From: Nemertoderma westbladi | Taxonomy: Eukaryota > Animalia > Xenacoelomorpha | Length of the DNA: 55,994 bases | Reading direction: 5' to 3' | Assembly (NCBI GenBank): GCA_032718475.1 | Contig: JAUCBJ010000610.1 | Location: 1 to 55,994, forward strand | In this document: piece after piece, positions 1-13,500 of the stretch | Layout: every line of letters begins with the position of its first letter | Numbering within the stretch: the stretch's first letter is position 1 | Notes under the pieces: model-generated | What the model saw: the letters and a program-made list of their open reading frames with translations, nothing else | Databases searched by the model: none | What the model was told of the DNA's origin: nothing | Translations under genes and position numbers: made by a program

Positions 1-3000
1 CATTAGAAGTATGTGTACAAATAACCGGTCCTTATAAGGGTTCGATTGTATAAATTAATAATAAATAAGGTTGTAATATTCTAAAAACCAGTGTGATCTT
101 AAATGAACTTTAAACAATAAATAGAGATCAGATAACAAATGGACCACACAATTTATTAAAAAACTCGCACCTCTTCGGACTTAATATATGGCTTCAATTT
201 TATTCAACAGTAGATATTTGGGGGAAGTTAGATAAACTGCATTTATGCAGTGAATCTAACTTCCCCCTTCATGATATAATATACCAAAGACACACTCTTT
301 GGAGGACCTGTTGTTTACTATGTAGACTTTGTTCAACCTAAACAACTTAAGTCAGATTAACAATATTATCCTGTAAAATTTCTAAGCAATGACTGGTATG
401 AATAATGCTGATCTTCGAACTATGGTTCTGTAATTAAATTTTATTACTTCAACTTTTATACGGATTTACCAGTGAAAGAAACCTAGAATCCATTATCACA
501 ATGTAACAGTATCAATAACCATATCTATTCTATGTAGATCATAAGAGAGACATCCTTGATTCATATATTATAATTTCCGAGCTGAAATGTTTCGGTGACT
601 ATAACTTACAGGCTTCGTATTATGTACAAACGACTGAGTAGTATATATTAATATTAATGGGTTACCGGTATATAGAACGAGTGTAGACTGGGAGCGAAAA
701 TATATTACATACAATTTCGAGTAATATAAAATTAACGAGTCCAGTTCGTCTCCCCTCGTGTCATTCGACGCATACCCCCCCCCCCCCCCCCCCTCCACAC
801 TTTTCCCTTTACCTCGTGGTCTTTCTTTAAGTATAACTTCATTTTGGGTCCACCTTGGTGGGAAGAAACATTTTTTAAAAACATTCAGTAAGGGCGGCGT
901 TGAGTGAGGTGAATTCGCCGCCCCTCTAAAGGACGCAGTCTACATACTGGACGCGTAGTTACTGCGAAAACGGTGTTCCCCCCCCATTCGACCTATTTCC
1001 AGCCGTACGATTTTCTCGATTTTTCGAGGGGGGACGCGTAATGCCAAAAAAATAAGATTCTTCAGAGCTTTTAGCGAATCTATCGGTTTGACGGACAGTA
1101 CGGACGATTGTCCGTTTTCTTCACGCGAATTCACCATTAGGGTCTATGTAAAAAAAATTAAATATCGCCCCTACCTGCTAGAGGTCGCCCGGAATCGAAA
1201 GAGGGTCTAAAAATTAGATTTCACATATTTTTGTTTTAAAAATTAAGTCGATGGTTTACCGGCTAATGTCCGTCAAATTCGAGAAAACGGACAAAATGAC
1301 TTTGCGGTTTTCACTATAAGTCGGATAATATTAATCGTACGGAGACAAAAGTAACACGTCTGGATATGAGAAGAGTGGTACTACGTTCGTATCGAATGGG
1401 GGTAAGATATTTTTTAATATTTCGGGTCGTAAAAGGGGCCGTAACTTTTCCGTTTTTGTCCGTCATTTTTATATAATTAATATTTCCGAAATTTTTAATT
1501 CGGAAACGCTAGTAGGAATCTGCCAATTCTTTTTCGGAAGGCGTAACAGACCACAGGGGCGACATTCCTATCGAATGGGGGTACAAAAAATATGTCGGCA
1601 AAAGGGTCCAAAAAGGGCCAGAAAGTGATAAAAGGTTTATAACTAATAACTTTTTTATTTTTGACTCTACATGGTTAAGGTACATTTTATACGGTTAATA
1701 TCGATACGAGGAATTCAAATATTCGATTGGTTTTGCTGCGCAAATGATATAAAAAAAATGAGGGCCAATATTAAAATTTCGCGTTTCAAACTGGCTGCGC
1801 GGGAACACGTCTAGCTCGAAAACTACTCAACGTCTGGGAGACGCATTTAAACATTCTTATAGAGCGTTAAATTATCTATCTTTCAGCCTTAGTTACAACG
1901 CCGTAGCTATTATACAACTGGTGCGGCAGACGATCGTGTGAAATAAAATATTTATAAAAAGGGACGAAAAATTTTTTTTTTTTAATAAATCGCTACTCTA
2001 TTATAATTTAGCGTATTGCGCCAAAAGTACATTTAAAATGTAGAAAATTACCTCCGCTACCTTTTTTCTTAACATTTATAATTAAAATTATGAATTTTAA
2101 GGGCCCAAAAATATCGCGTAATTTTGGCCCTTTTTTTCATTTTTTTTTGGGGCCAAAAATGACCCCCTCTCAAAAGATAGAAAAAAAAATTACGGCAAAG
2201 AATATACCAATTTTATTGAATTTAGACCACCAGAACCGAAGTTAGAGCGATTTTAGTGAAAAAATAAAAAAAATTTTTTTTGCAAAAAATTAAGAATGGC
2301 CAATATTGGATTTCGTACCCACGAACTTAGGTTTCATTAACGTGATTGATAACCACTAGACTATGTGACCAAGTGAATTTGAAATTTTCGAGTGACTATT
2401 TTTAAACATCAATAACTTCGGTTCTACTGGGCCGTTTGATCTGAATCTTTTTTCATTGGATAGAGGATAGATTGTAGTGTGTGAAATAGGATACAACTTG
2501 GGAAAAGACGCATGTGCACTTAGTGCAAAATGCACTTAAATAGTGGACATTTTTTCGATATTTCAAACACTATTATTTCCAGTTCTATTGATCGTAGAAT
2601 GTTATTACTTGGGTTAAAATGTAGTTTGGAGTGATTTCTAACTATAATCTTAACATTTGTTTATCTTTTTATGTCTATAAAGTGACTTAAACTGTCCATG
2701 AATATGGTCCAAAATCGCAAATGTCGCGATTTATTAAATTGGATTTTTGACACTTTTAGCGACTGACACTTGATCATGCACCATCGTAGATCGGTAGAGA
2801 ATAGACATAAGTGTGTTAAATAGGAACCACCTTTAGGATCCGCTAAAGTGCACTTGTGCAAATATGGGTGCAAATGTGCAATTTTTTTTAATAAGGTCAA
2901 ATGGTGTATTATTGGGTTCTTTTCGTTGCAGATAATTTATTTTCATATTAATATGTTGTATGGACCTTACTGAGCGCATTAAGAGTATGTGTACAAATAA

Positions 3001-6000
3001 CCGGTCCTTATAAGGGTTCGATTGTATAAATTAATAATAAATAAGGTTGTAATATTCTAAAAACCAGTGTGATCTTAAATGAACTTTAAACAATAAATAG
3101 AGATCAGATAACAAATGGACCAGACAATTTATTAAAAAACTCGAACCTTTTCGGACTTAATATATTGCTTCAATTTTAATCATCAGTGGATATTTGGGGG
3201 AAGTTAGATAAACTGCATTTATGCAGTGAATCTAACTTCCCCCTTCATGATATAATATAACAAAGACACACTCTTTGGAGGACCTGTTGTTTACTATGTA
3301 GACTTTGTTCAACCTAAACAACTTAAGTCAGATTAACAATATTATCCTGTAAAATTTCTAAGCAATGACTGGTATGAATAATGCTGATCTTCGAACTATG
3401 GTTCTGTAATTAAATTTTATTACTTCAACTTTTATACGGATTTACCAGTGAAAGAAACCTAGAATCCATTATCACAATGTAACAGTATCAATAACCATAT
3501 CTATTCTATGTAGATCATAAGAGAGACATCCTTGATTCATATATTATAATTTCCGAGCTGAAATGTTTCGGTGACTATAACTTACAGGCTTCGTATTATG
3601 TACAAACGACTGAGTAGTATATATTAATATTAATGGGTTACCGGTATATAGAACGAGTGTAGACTGGGAGCGAAAATATATTACATACAATTTCGAGTAA
3701 TATAAAATTAACGAGTCCAGTTCGTCTCCCCTCGTGTCATTCGACGCATACCCCCCCCCCCCCCCCCCCCCCCCTCCACGCTTTTCCCTTTACCTCGTGG
3801 TCTTTCTTTAAGTATAACTTCATTTTGGGTCCACCTTGGTGGGATAAATATTTCTCCATTTGACGCAACACCGCCGCGGCCGCTATGAGGGAGGTGAATA
3901 CCGCGGCCGCTCCTAAAGCCGCAGGCCATCGCTAACTATATAGGTTAACTTGGGATTCTGGGGGACTTTTCGATGAAGGAACAGACCAATTTTTTTTATT
4001 TTCGCACCAGGGGAGCGACTCGGAATTCTAAGATATTAGCCACTCTAACATTAGCAAATCTATCCCCTCGACGGACACGGCGGACAAAAAACCGTCATTT
4101 TTTTGACAATTTTAAAAATTTTTTGAAAGGCGCTCTACAGTGGCTCGAAAAAACCCTAGGTTATTGCTTAACCGACGCCGGGATACGATAGAAGGGATTA
4201 ATTAGTGAATTCGTTTTTTTTTTCAAAAAAGATTACCACGCCTTTTTCCCGAAATTGTCCGTCAAAGTTGAAAAAACGGACAAAATGGCTTTGCGGGATC
4301 CGCTCTGACTCGGCTAATATTAATCGTACGGGGACGAAATTAACGCGGTTGGAAAGGGGAAGAGTGGTACTACCTTCGTATCGAATGGGGGTAAGATATT
4401 TATTAATATTTCGGGTGGAAAAAGGGGCCGTAACTTTGTCCGTTTTTTCCATCTTTTTTACATAATTATTATTTCCAAAATTTTTAATTCGACAACGCTA
4501 GTAGGAATCTGCCAATTCTTTTTCGGAAAGCGTAGAAGACCACAGGGGCTACATTCCTATCGAATGGGGGTACAAAAAATATGTAGGCAAAGGGGTCCAA
4601 AAAGGGCCAGAAAATAATAAAAAGTTTATAACTAACAACTTTTTTATTTTTGACTCTTGAAGGTTAAAGTACATTTTATACGGTTAATATCGATACGGGG
4701 AATCCAAATATTCGATTGGTTTTGCCGCGCAAACGATATTAAAAAAATTAGGGCCCAAATTATAATTTCACGCTTCAAACTCGCTTCGCGGGAACTCGTC
4801 TAGCTCGAAAAATACATAAGGTCTGGGAGACTTATTTAAACAGTCTTATAGAGCGTCAAATTATCTATCTTTCAACGGTAGTTACAGCGCCATAGCTATT
4901 ATATAACTGAAGCGGCAGACGATCGTGTGAAATATACTACTTATAAAAAAGGGACGAAAAAATTTTTTTTTAATAAATCGCCATTACATTATAATTTAAC
5001 TTTTTGCGCCAAAAGTTCCTGTAAAATGTAGCAAATTAACTCCACTATCTTTTTTCTTAACATTTATAATTAAAATAACGAGTTTTAAGGGTCGAAAAAT
5101 ATCGCGTAATTTTGGCCCTTTTTTTTCATTTTTTTTGGGGCCAAAAATACCCCCTCTCAAAAGATAGAAAAAAAAATTACGGCAAAGAATATACCAATTT
5201 TATTGAATTTGGAGCACCAGAACCGAAATTTAGTCAAAAATTAAAAATATTTTTTTTTGCAAAAAATTAAGAATGGTCATATTGGGTTTCGAACCCACGA
5301 ACTTAAGTATCGTTAACGTGATTGATTACCACTAGACTACGTGACCAAGAGAATTTGAAATTTTCGAGTGATTATTTTTAAACATCAATAACTTCTGTTC
5401 TACTGGGCCGTTTGATCTGAAACTTTTTTCATTGGATAGAGGATAGATTGTAGTGTGTGAAATAGGATACAACTTGGGAAAAGACGCATGTGCACTTAGT
5501 GCATAATGCACTTAAAAAGTACACATTTTTTCGATATTTCAAACACTATTATTTCCAGTTCCATTCATCGTAGAATGTTATTTTTTGGATTAAAATGTAG
5601 TTTGGAGTGATTTCTAACTATAATCGTAACATTTGTTTAACTTTTTATGTATATAAAGTGACTTAAAATGCCCATGAATATGGTCCAAAATCGCAAATGT
5701 CGCGATTTATTAAATTAGATTTTTTACACTTTTAGTGACTGACACTTGATCATACACCATCGTAGATCGGTAGAGGATAAACATAAGTTTGTTAAATAAG
5801 AACCACCATTACGATCTGCTGAAGTGCACTTTGTACAAATAAGTGTGCAAAAGTGCAAATTTTTTAATAAGGTCAAATTATATAGCATTGGGTTCTTTTC
5901 TTTGCAGATACTTTATTTTCATATTAATATGTTGTTTGGCTCATACTGAGCGCATTAGGGATATGCGTACAAATAAGCGGCCCTTATTAAGGCTTCGATT

Positions 6001-6330
6001 GGGTTAATAAATAAAACATAAGGTTGTAATATTCTAAAAAACCAGTGTGATATTAAATGCACTTTAAACAATAAATAGAGATCAAATAACAAATGGACTA
6101 CACAATTAAAAACTCGCACAATTTTGTACTTATTATATCGCTTCAAATTAATTTAACAGTGGATATTTGGGGGAAGGGGGAAGTTACAGTGTGCATTCGG
6201 GGGAAGTTTGGTGAACTGCATTTATGCAGTGAATCCAAACTTCCCCCTTTTAGATATCGTATACTTAAGACATGCTCGGTTGTCAGGGAAATATTTGTTA
6301 CTGTCACACTTTGCTTCCATTTATCCTATC
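1..6330. repeat. Head-to-tail ~3-kb non-coding repeat (end of unit A 1-~850, unit B ~851-3843, diverged unit C ~3844-6330); probably non-autonomous transposon copies
   Basis: The sequence at 1 recurs at 2977 and 5953 (period ~2976). 1-850 and 2977-3843 are nearly identical, while 1270-2976 vs 4270-5950 is visibly more diverged. No long ORF. Family not identified. Confidence 0.85.
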
Positions 6331-6835
6331 CTTTATTATTACCCCAGTCAGATAAGAGATAATAATCAGTAAAAACTAAACTAAACTGTCTTTCATGCAA
6401 ACAAATTTCTAATTAAAGACGGGTGAATGACCATGACCATGGAAATAATTTTAAATATAATCGTATATCAACTCTTTGGGGAGGCTTCCAAACCCCAAAA
6501 CAATTATTTCGTTACATATAATATAGTAAATAACGTTGTATGTTCTTCTTCCTCTCATAATAAAATATATATGAAATATCTCTGATCGCTGTGCCCTAAA
6601 CATTTCACAACCAAAATGTTTCAGTGTGAAAAGTGTAGGCCTACCACACCCCGCCCAAACAGCCGCAAACGCATAGCCAACAAATTTATCAAAAGTTTAC
6701 ATACATGTTGTGTTCATGACGAGATGAGTGAAAATTGATCGCGTAATATAAACTAAAAAATTGAGAGTCGGGCTGGTTCTCCTCCACTTTCTTACCCAAT
6801 GGATATGTTGTTGTAATAATCTAATATTGGGGCGG

Positions 6836-7228
6836 CTTTCTCTCGGTTTGTAGTCTTTAATAAATTGTACTACTTTATTCTGAGCTACTTGTAATTTACA
6901 TTTAGGCTGTTTGGTTAAGCCTTCATACCAAGAAGAACAGGCATAGTCCATGTGACACTGTATTAAAGAAGGGCAAAGTAACTTGCGGGAATCGGTGTTT
7001 AAACTATTTTTATTTCTGTATAGAAACCTAAGCCTACTGTTAACTTTCGAGAAAATATTTTTCACTGTGCTTTCCCCTGATAAGCAGTTATCCAATGTGG
7101 CGCCTAAATATTTAACTTCCTTTTTATTTTCAATCTTATGTCCATTACTAGTGACTTCAAACTTAGTTACCTTCTTTAACTTTCTTTTGGAACCAAACAA
7201 AATACTTTCAGTCTTACCGTAGTGAATG
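6836..7228 (-). pseudogene. CR1/L2-group LINE RT, C-terminal part (left half of a LINE split by BEL/Pao-1)
   Basis: Translation KEVKYLGATLDNCLS...LIQCHMDYACSSWY...LQVAQNK. It joins in frame with 22930 across the TSD: WLVDNKLSIHYGKTESILFGSK. Confidence 0.9.
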
Positions 7229-8376
7229 TGTAAAAGCTTTTGCGTAATTAACCGGTTATTTCCCCTTAAAGTACTCTGTAGTTGGTTTGCCAGGCATAAA
7301 AAGGCCGTGTCCTTGCTGTACTGGTGTTTTAGAGGACATAAAAGTCATTTCTTCTGTATTTGTACTTTAGAGGACATAATCCGCAATCTCGTGACGCGAT
7401 AAGCTAGATACTCTTGAAAACAGTGTCGCTACCATGACGACGGCTAGCAGCTGATATTGCCACGTCGACATTTCTTTGTTTCTTTGTTCTCTCGTTGTTC
7501 GGTTGACCAATCAGAGCGTTTTTTGTCTCTGTGTTGGAGGTGTATACAGAACTCAGAAGTTCAGTGTTATGTTTTTGCCCAGAGCCTAAGAACACTGGCT
7601 TTTGGCACCTCCGTGTTTTCAGTCTTTAGTCTTACATTAGTAGGCTTAATTATAGAACGTATATCTGTTATCACAAGTTAACTCATTCACTTAATAATCA
7701 TTTATACATTAATATTACTGCTTTTAATGTCGGTTATTCGTTATATTTGCTGATGAAATATTATATCGGAATACTGATCAATAGTCAGACACCCCACCTT
7801 CTTGATATACTAAAGGTTAGAGAGACCGGTTACAGATAAACGATTGCGACCTATGTTAAGTGGTTTGAAGTGAATCTAATGCTATTTCATATGCCCAACA
7901 TAAATTGTCTGTTGCTCTCTTTATACGTGACTAAATTTAGTGAAGGTCGGCAGATTAGTGTGCAGTATTGTGCAGCATTGTGTATGAGTGTAACTGATAA
8001 CAAAGCATCTCCTAAAGAATGCGCCATATACGTGAATCTATAGCCTTTTCGTTGTGTCTAGTTTAAGTCATAACTCTGTTTACATATTTAGAGCGCCATG
8101 TCCTAAAGGAACTGTTGATATTTCCCGAAAGTGAATAATATTTGTCAGAGATTATATATTACGATCAGTCGAATAATACAGTAGGCTTACACCATCAATC
8201 ATTAAGCTCCGAACTCAGTCTCCCGGGTATATCCAACGGGTGAATGATTGCGCATAGACTGGCTTCGGCTAATGTAGTGTATTAAATACTCGTCATAGGC
8301 TAAAGACTATCTATCATCCAAAAGACATTCTAATTTAGGCAGGTTAAACTGTCAAAGGTCTTCAAAAGCGCAAACA
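7229..8376 (+). repeat. 5' LTR of BEL/Pao-1
   Basis: Direct repeat of 21777-22924 with about 6 substitutions seen by eye; TGTAAAAG...GCAAACA. Confidence 0.97.
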
Positions 8377-8387
8377 ATAACAGATAT
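8377..8387 (+). promoter_or_regulatory. Non-tRNA primer-binding site of BEL/Pao-1 (complementary to LTR 7661-7671)
   Basis: ATAACAGATAT abuts the LTR and has no TGG; its reverse complement ATATCTGTTAT is at 7661-7671. Confidence 0.7.
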
Positions 8388-8659
8388 TGCTTCTGGATTG
8401 TGGTGTAAGCAATCTAGTCGAAAGTACCGGTCGACCGGTAACCAGTAGGCCTGACTGCCTGATCATCCGGACCGGTACCTACAGTAGTACAGGTACAGCA
8501 GTATTATTCGATTGTGGTATTGTATACCGGTAGGCTGTTTAAGAGATTAGGGACTGTACACCCCTTGTTTCTTTTGGAGCTTACTTATTTCTGTCAGTTT
8601 TATTTATTTGTAGGCCAGTATTGAGCAGAAGGCGTGTAAGCCTGCTCAGATTGTACAGA

Positions 8660-9230
8660 TAATTTGTAGGCTCGACTGTTGGCTAACTGTTGATATGGTC
8701 TGAACGGATTGCAGTGCATGTAGAGTGTATGTCCGATAAAGAACGGTTAGGAAGTAGGGGCAGCCATAGCTGTAAGGTAAACCCCCATCTAAAGAATAAG
8801 TCGTACTACTGGGTTAGAACGCATACTACTTAACCATTTCGGAGTCTACATGTCCTGTGGTTTATTTAGGCTTGATAGGAGTCCGCCAGCGTTTGGTCTG
8901 TACTTTGTTTGTGTAGTCTGTACGGGTAGCGTATAATTTTATTTAGGTAATTTGTAGGCTGGATAGTTGTCTGGCTGCTGTTGGGTTTGAGGAAATTTCG
9001 GTGTGTGTAAAGCATCTGTCCGATAAAGAACGGTTAGGAAGTAGGGGCAGCCATAGCTGTAAGGTAAACCCTCATCTAAAGAATAAGTCGTACTACTGGG
9101 TTAGAACGCATACTACTTAACCATTTCGGAGTCTGCATATACCGTGGTTTGTTTAGGCTTGATAGTAGTCTGTCAGTATTTGGTCTGCATTTTGTTTGAG
9201 TAGCTTGTACGCGTAGCGTAATATTTATTA
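8660..9230 (+). repeat. Tandem ~287-bp duplication in the BEL/Pao-1 5' leader
   Basis: Core 8730-8847 matches 9017-9134 with 1 mismatch; the flanks are diverged but alignable. Confidence 0.9.
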
Positions 9231-10563
9231 TTCAGAGTTTATGCGATTATTCGCAACATTCATTCCCCAAGTTTATTCCTACAGTAATTGTGTTTGTTAT
9301 ACATACCGTTATAGTTAAACTAACCCCGGTACTACATCAGGGCTGCTCGGCGTAGGTAAAGACTGGTGATTTTGTGCACCGGTCACTCCAGCAGATGCCG
9401 TGGTTCTTTTAGCTGTTCAAGTATTTTTAACTACTAATTATTTGTCGTACAAGTACTTGTACCTAATTTAGGATTTAGTGTACAGTGCTTTCCGAAAGCA
9501 ATTAGTGTGTAGGCAGTGTATTTGTGTTGTAAAGTGGTTAATAGGCACGTTGGTTCTGGTAGACCGCGGTAATTAACTTCTAGGTAGGGACACTCCGTGA
9601 TACATAACGTAGTACCTATAGCGATACGGTTATAGGTCGTCAGGCGGTGGTATTTTCCTATCTGGACAACGCAGTATATTTACTACTACTTATTATTTTC
9701 AAATACCGTAGTAACCTGTCCGTTGTAATAACCAGATATTCTAACCCTTTGTTAGGCTGGTTAGTAGACTTCTTGTAAAATTACCCTAAAAAATTCGTAT
9801 TTGTGTATTTGTAATTAAATTTTGTGTTTATTTAGAGATTGTAATCTCAACCAGAATTGTACGTAATTTGTAGTATTAAGTAACTTAGGTAAATTAGAAT
9901 TATTTGTTTTAGTGTCTAACAAGTAGCACTCCACTGAGAGCGCACAGCTTATACGTAGTGACTCCCCCAGAAATAATAACATTTATTTCAAACATTGACA
10001 AAACCCATTAAACGGGTATATATATATATTATAAATCAACTCAAACGATTTATAAATAGTAGGCCTGCCATACAACAATTAGGAACAATATAAGTTGGAC
10101 TACTGCTTAAATAACGGTAATAAAGTAAGTTAAAGTAACCAAGTAACCCTTAAAATTCAGAAATTCAATTATTTAAAATAATTGATATACCGGTATTTGC
10201 AATAGGCCTATTATATATTTATATACTTGTGCTGAAATCATACCGGTGTTCTGTAATTAATTCTAGTTAATAATTATACTTATATATACTATAAGTGTAA
10301 ACTGCATACCGGTATCCACGATAGGCCTATTATATATTTATATATATTTGTGCTAAAATTATATACCGGTATTTTGTGAAAAACCTAGTCTGTCATAATA
10401 CTTATATATACAATAAGCATACCGGTATTCTAATATTATATATATATCACGCTACACTGAGTAGCAGTATCGGTAATTAATTACTAGGCTAGCAGTTAAT
10501 TCTGAATTACTAGACTTGCTTAGACTGTAATATAGCAGTAGGCATTCAACTGTGCAAACCAAC

Positions 10564-13500
10564 ATGTCTGATACTAAGCAGAACCTGTCAGACAGTTTAT
10601 TAGATGTAACTATCTGCGACTCAGATAGAGGTGTAGAACCGTCTAGTCCTAAGTTCAGTTCACCTCCCACTGTGAGGAAGGTCATCCCTCCAGTAGTAAT
10701 AACAGAACCTAGGCTGGTCCAACATCATAGGTCTATCATAGGCACTCGAGCCCAGGTCAAGCGGGACCAAGAAGCAGCGGAACAGCAACAACCCGCGAGC
10801 CAAGAACTTATTTCTCAGCGGCCCGACCGCTCCAGTAGTGAAGATACTGTAGAGCTGACACCCGAGCGTGGAGCAAGGATGTCTGATGCGGTTTATTCGG
10901 ATCCCCTTCTCATCCTTCCTGCAGCCGTACTCACTAGGTTATTGATCGCGGTGGAAGAACACCAGATCGATTGGGCGAGAAGTAAGCGATCAACTAAAGA
11001 TAGTTATGAGGGATACACAAGGGAAGAACTGACGTCTATGGTCGAGTCGCAATGGAACTTCCCCGGACCCGGACTCCCGTTTGATTTATCAGAAGCTGCC
11101 TGGGAAGACATACACCGGATGGGAGTAGCCAAGGAAACCATCGATCCAGCTGTGTGGAAGAGGTCTGCAGCCGGATACGCACAGGGATTCTTCAGCTCTA
11201 TGGAGCGAGTAAAAGAACAACTGTTTCAACAACCTCAAGGACCTCAAGAGCAGGGACAACTGCTTTATCAAGTTAGAGAAAGAATTCTGCGAATCAGGCT
11301 AATATTATCAGCCTTTGAAGAGGCTTCTAAAAGAAGACAAGACACGTCGTTGCAAGTTGCCGTAAAGACTTGGTTTCAACGGGTGAGTCGCCAGGTTCAA
11401 GGAACAGCTCAGTGGAAAGCTCAGCTGGAGGAACGCTCAACCCATGGAGAATCAACAGACGCTACTTTTTCCCAAGTGGAAAGTGAAGCGACGGCAGAGA
11501 AACCGCGTAAGAGGGATGCCATTGACATCTATCTGTCAGACTATCAGCGTTTTTTGGGAGATGAAGAGTTGAGGAGAAGGCTAGATGGACTTAGCCCTAA
11601 TAGTGAAGGAGCCCAGCGTGTGTTGGACGCAATTGATGTGGATAGGTTAGCGGTGAACCAAGCTAAATTCGATGAACAACTCCGCATCGCTAGAGACCAA
11701 GAAGAAAGGGTGAAGAAAAAACGCATAGAAGAAAGAAAGAAAGCAGCAGTAGCAGCTGCAGAAGCCGAAAGGAAAGCAGCCGAAGAGGAAAGTAAAGCAG
11801 CCGAAATGGAAAGAAAAGCGGCAGCGGCAGCGGCAGAGGCAGAAGCGAAAAGAAAAGCGACAGCGGCAGAGGCAGAAGCGAAAAGAACGGAGCGGATAGC
11901 GGCTGAAGAGATTGCCCAATTAGAATTGGAAAATATTCAGGAGAATCAAGACTGCATAAATAAACAGTTAACAGCTAGTAATATGCAGATGATGAATCGA
12001 TCTACTCCCAAAAGACAGGGATATACATCATCTGAGGAAGGCGATACCACCGATACTGAAGGCAAAGGAAATAGATCTCACCTAAGCAGACGTAAAAGAA
12101 CATCCCACCGTCAGAAATTGCCTGATTTGCCTCCAGCTGTTAGAAGGCAACTAAATAACAACTTAGGTAGTACAGAACCCACAGACCAAATAATTACAAT
12201 AGAGAGACTCCCTACTATAGTAGATGAGCCTGAAATAATTAGGCCTGTTCCCGAAGCCACCCTTTCGGTCGTAGAGACACCTGTACTCCCTGAACCTACC
12301 TCTCAATTCCCTTTGCACAGCACTAAGCTACCTGTGCCCAGCAGAACAGCCCATGAAACAGTTCATGCCCTGGACTCCGAGCGAAATATTCAAGATTTGT
12401 CGCCCGTTGTCCCTCGTCCGCCCGCTACAACGTTGGCGAATCCCGCTTCGGCGGTTGAATGGGTGGATGAGAGACGACGGGGGATGGATCTCCTGCTCGG
12501 ACAGATGCAGGAGACCGTTCAGCAATTCAAGGGCACAGTAAGGGAAAGTAGATTAGAGTTGCAAGAAGTGCAGCAAAGTATCGCGCTAGAACGCGATAAA
12601 TTAGTAAATACACAAAAGGGTATACCAACACCCCCCATAACAATGTGTCAACCTGTTAGGTCTGAAGTATCTCATGCGCAAGGTGTGGAGCCTACACGCA
12701 TCTATACTGCTAGCGAAGTAGAAACTCCTATAGTGAACCCTATTAAGAGTAATTATAGACCTGTTGATAATGATATTCCCTATAGACCGGATCATAATCC
12801 GAGAAATTTATATACCGATAACTCGATATTAAATAACACGATGGCCCAAGAAAGTTTTACGCGTCAAATGGCTAGAACCGAAGCCCGGCAAGCAGTAAAG
12901 GTGGGAGAGATCGTCAAGTTCAATGGAGATGAGATGAAATGGTTACCTTTTAATGAATATTACAAAGATAACATACAGAACTCTGTGCTATCTAATGGAG
13001 AGAAACTTAGGTTCCTCATCGAGTGCTTGGAAGGATCTCCCAAGTTAATGGCGTTAAAGTTTATTGGACATCCAGACGGATTAAGACAAGTTTGGGATAC
13101 ACTAAACATCAGGTATGGTAATAGGAATAACATAGCTGGGTATTTGTATGCAAAGTTAGTGGCGCCCCGAAAGTTTATTAGCAGCGGAATTATAGAGTTT
13201 TCCGATGAGATTCAGGAGATCTGCAGACAATTAGATTGGCTAGGTAAGTCTCATGAGTATCAGAATGCTATGGTTATTAGAGCAGTGGCTTCTACTTTAC
13301 CGAAGGGTGGAGTAGGTACACGCTGGGATAAGAAAGTGTTATATATGATGGAACAACAACGACGAGACCCTACCATGGCTGATCTCATGTCATTCCTAGA
13401 TGGAGAAGTGAAATTACAGCTCCTGAAACTGTCCAGAGAGAAGACACCGGAAAACAAGGTAAGTGAAAAACCCTTCGCTAGGAGAAAGGTAACACCAGTG

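Noticed and set aside
568-6362. Short ORFs in the 3-kb tandem repeat
   Set aside because: They are not conserved between units, have no domain motifs, and the poly-Gly derives from the C-run.
7404-7681. Short ORFs in the LTR, repeated at 21952-22229
   Set aside because: They recur only because the LTR is duplicated and show no protein-like features.
7744-7790. CTGATGA in the BEL-1 LTR as a hammerhead ribozyme core
   Set aside because: There is no stem II followed by GAAA and no stem I/III arrangement. The same applies to CTGACGA near 33800 on the minus strand.
8401-8418. TGGTGTAAGC as a tRNA PBS for BEL/Pao-1
   Set aside because: It is 24 nt from the LTR end and does not continue as any tRNA 3' complement I recognise. 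A formal tRNA search is still needed.
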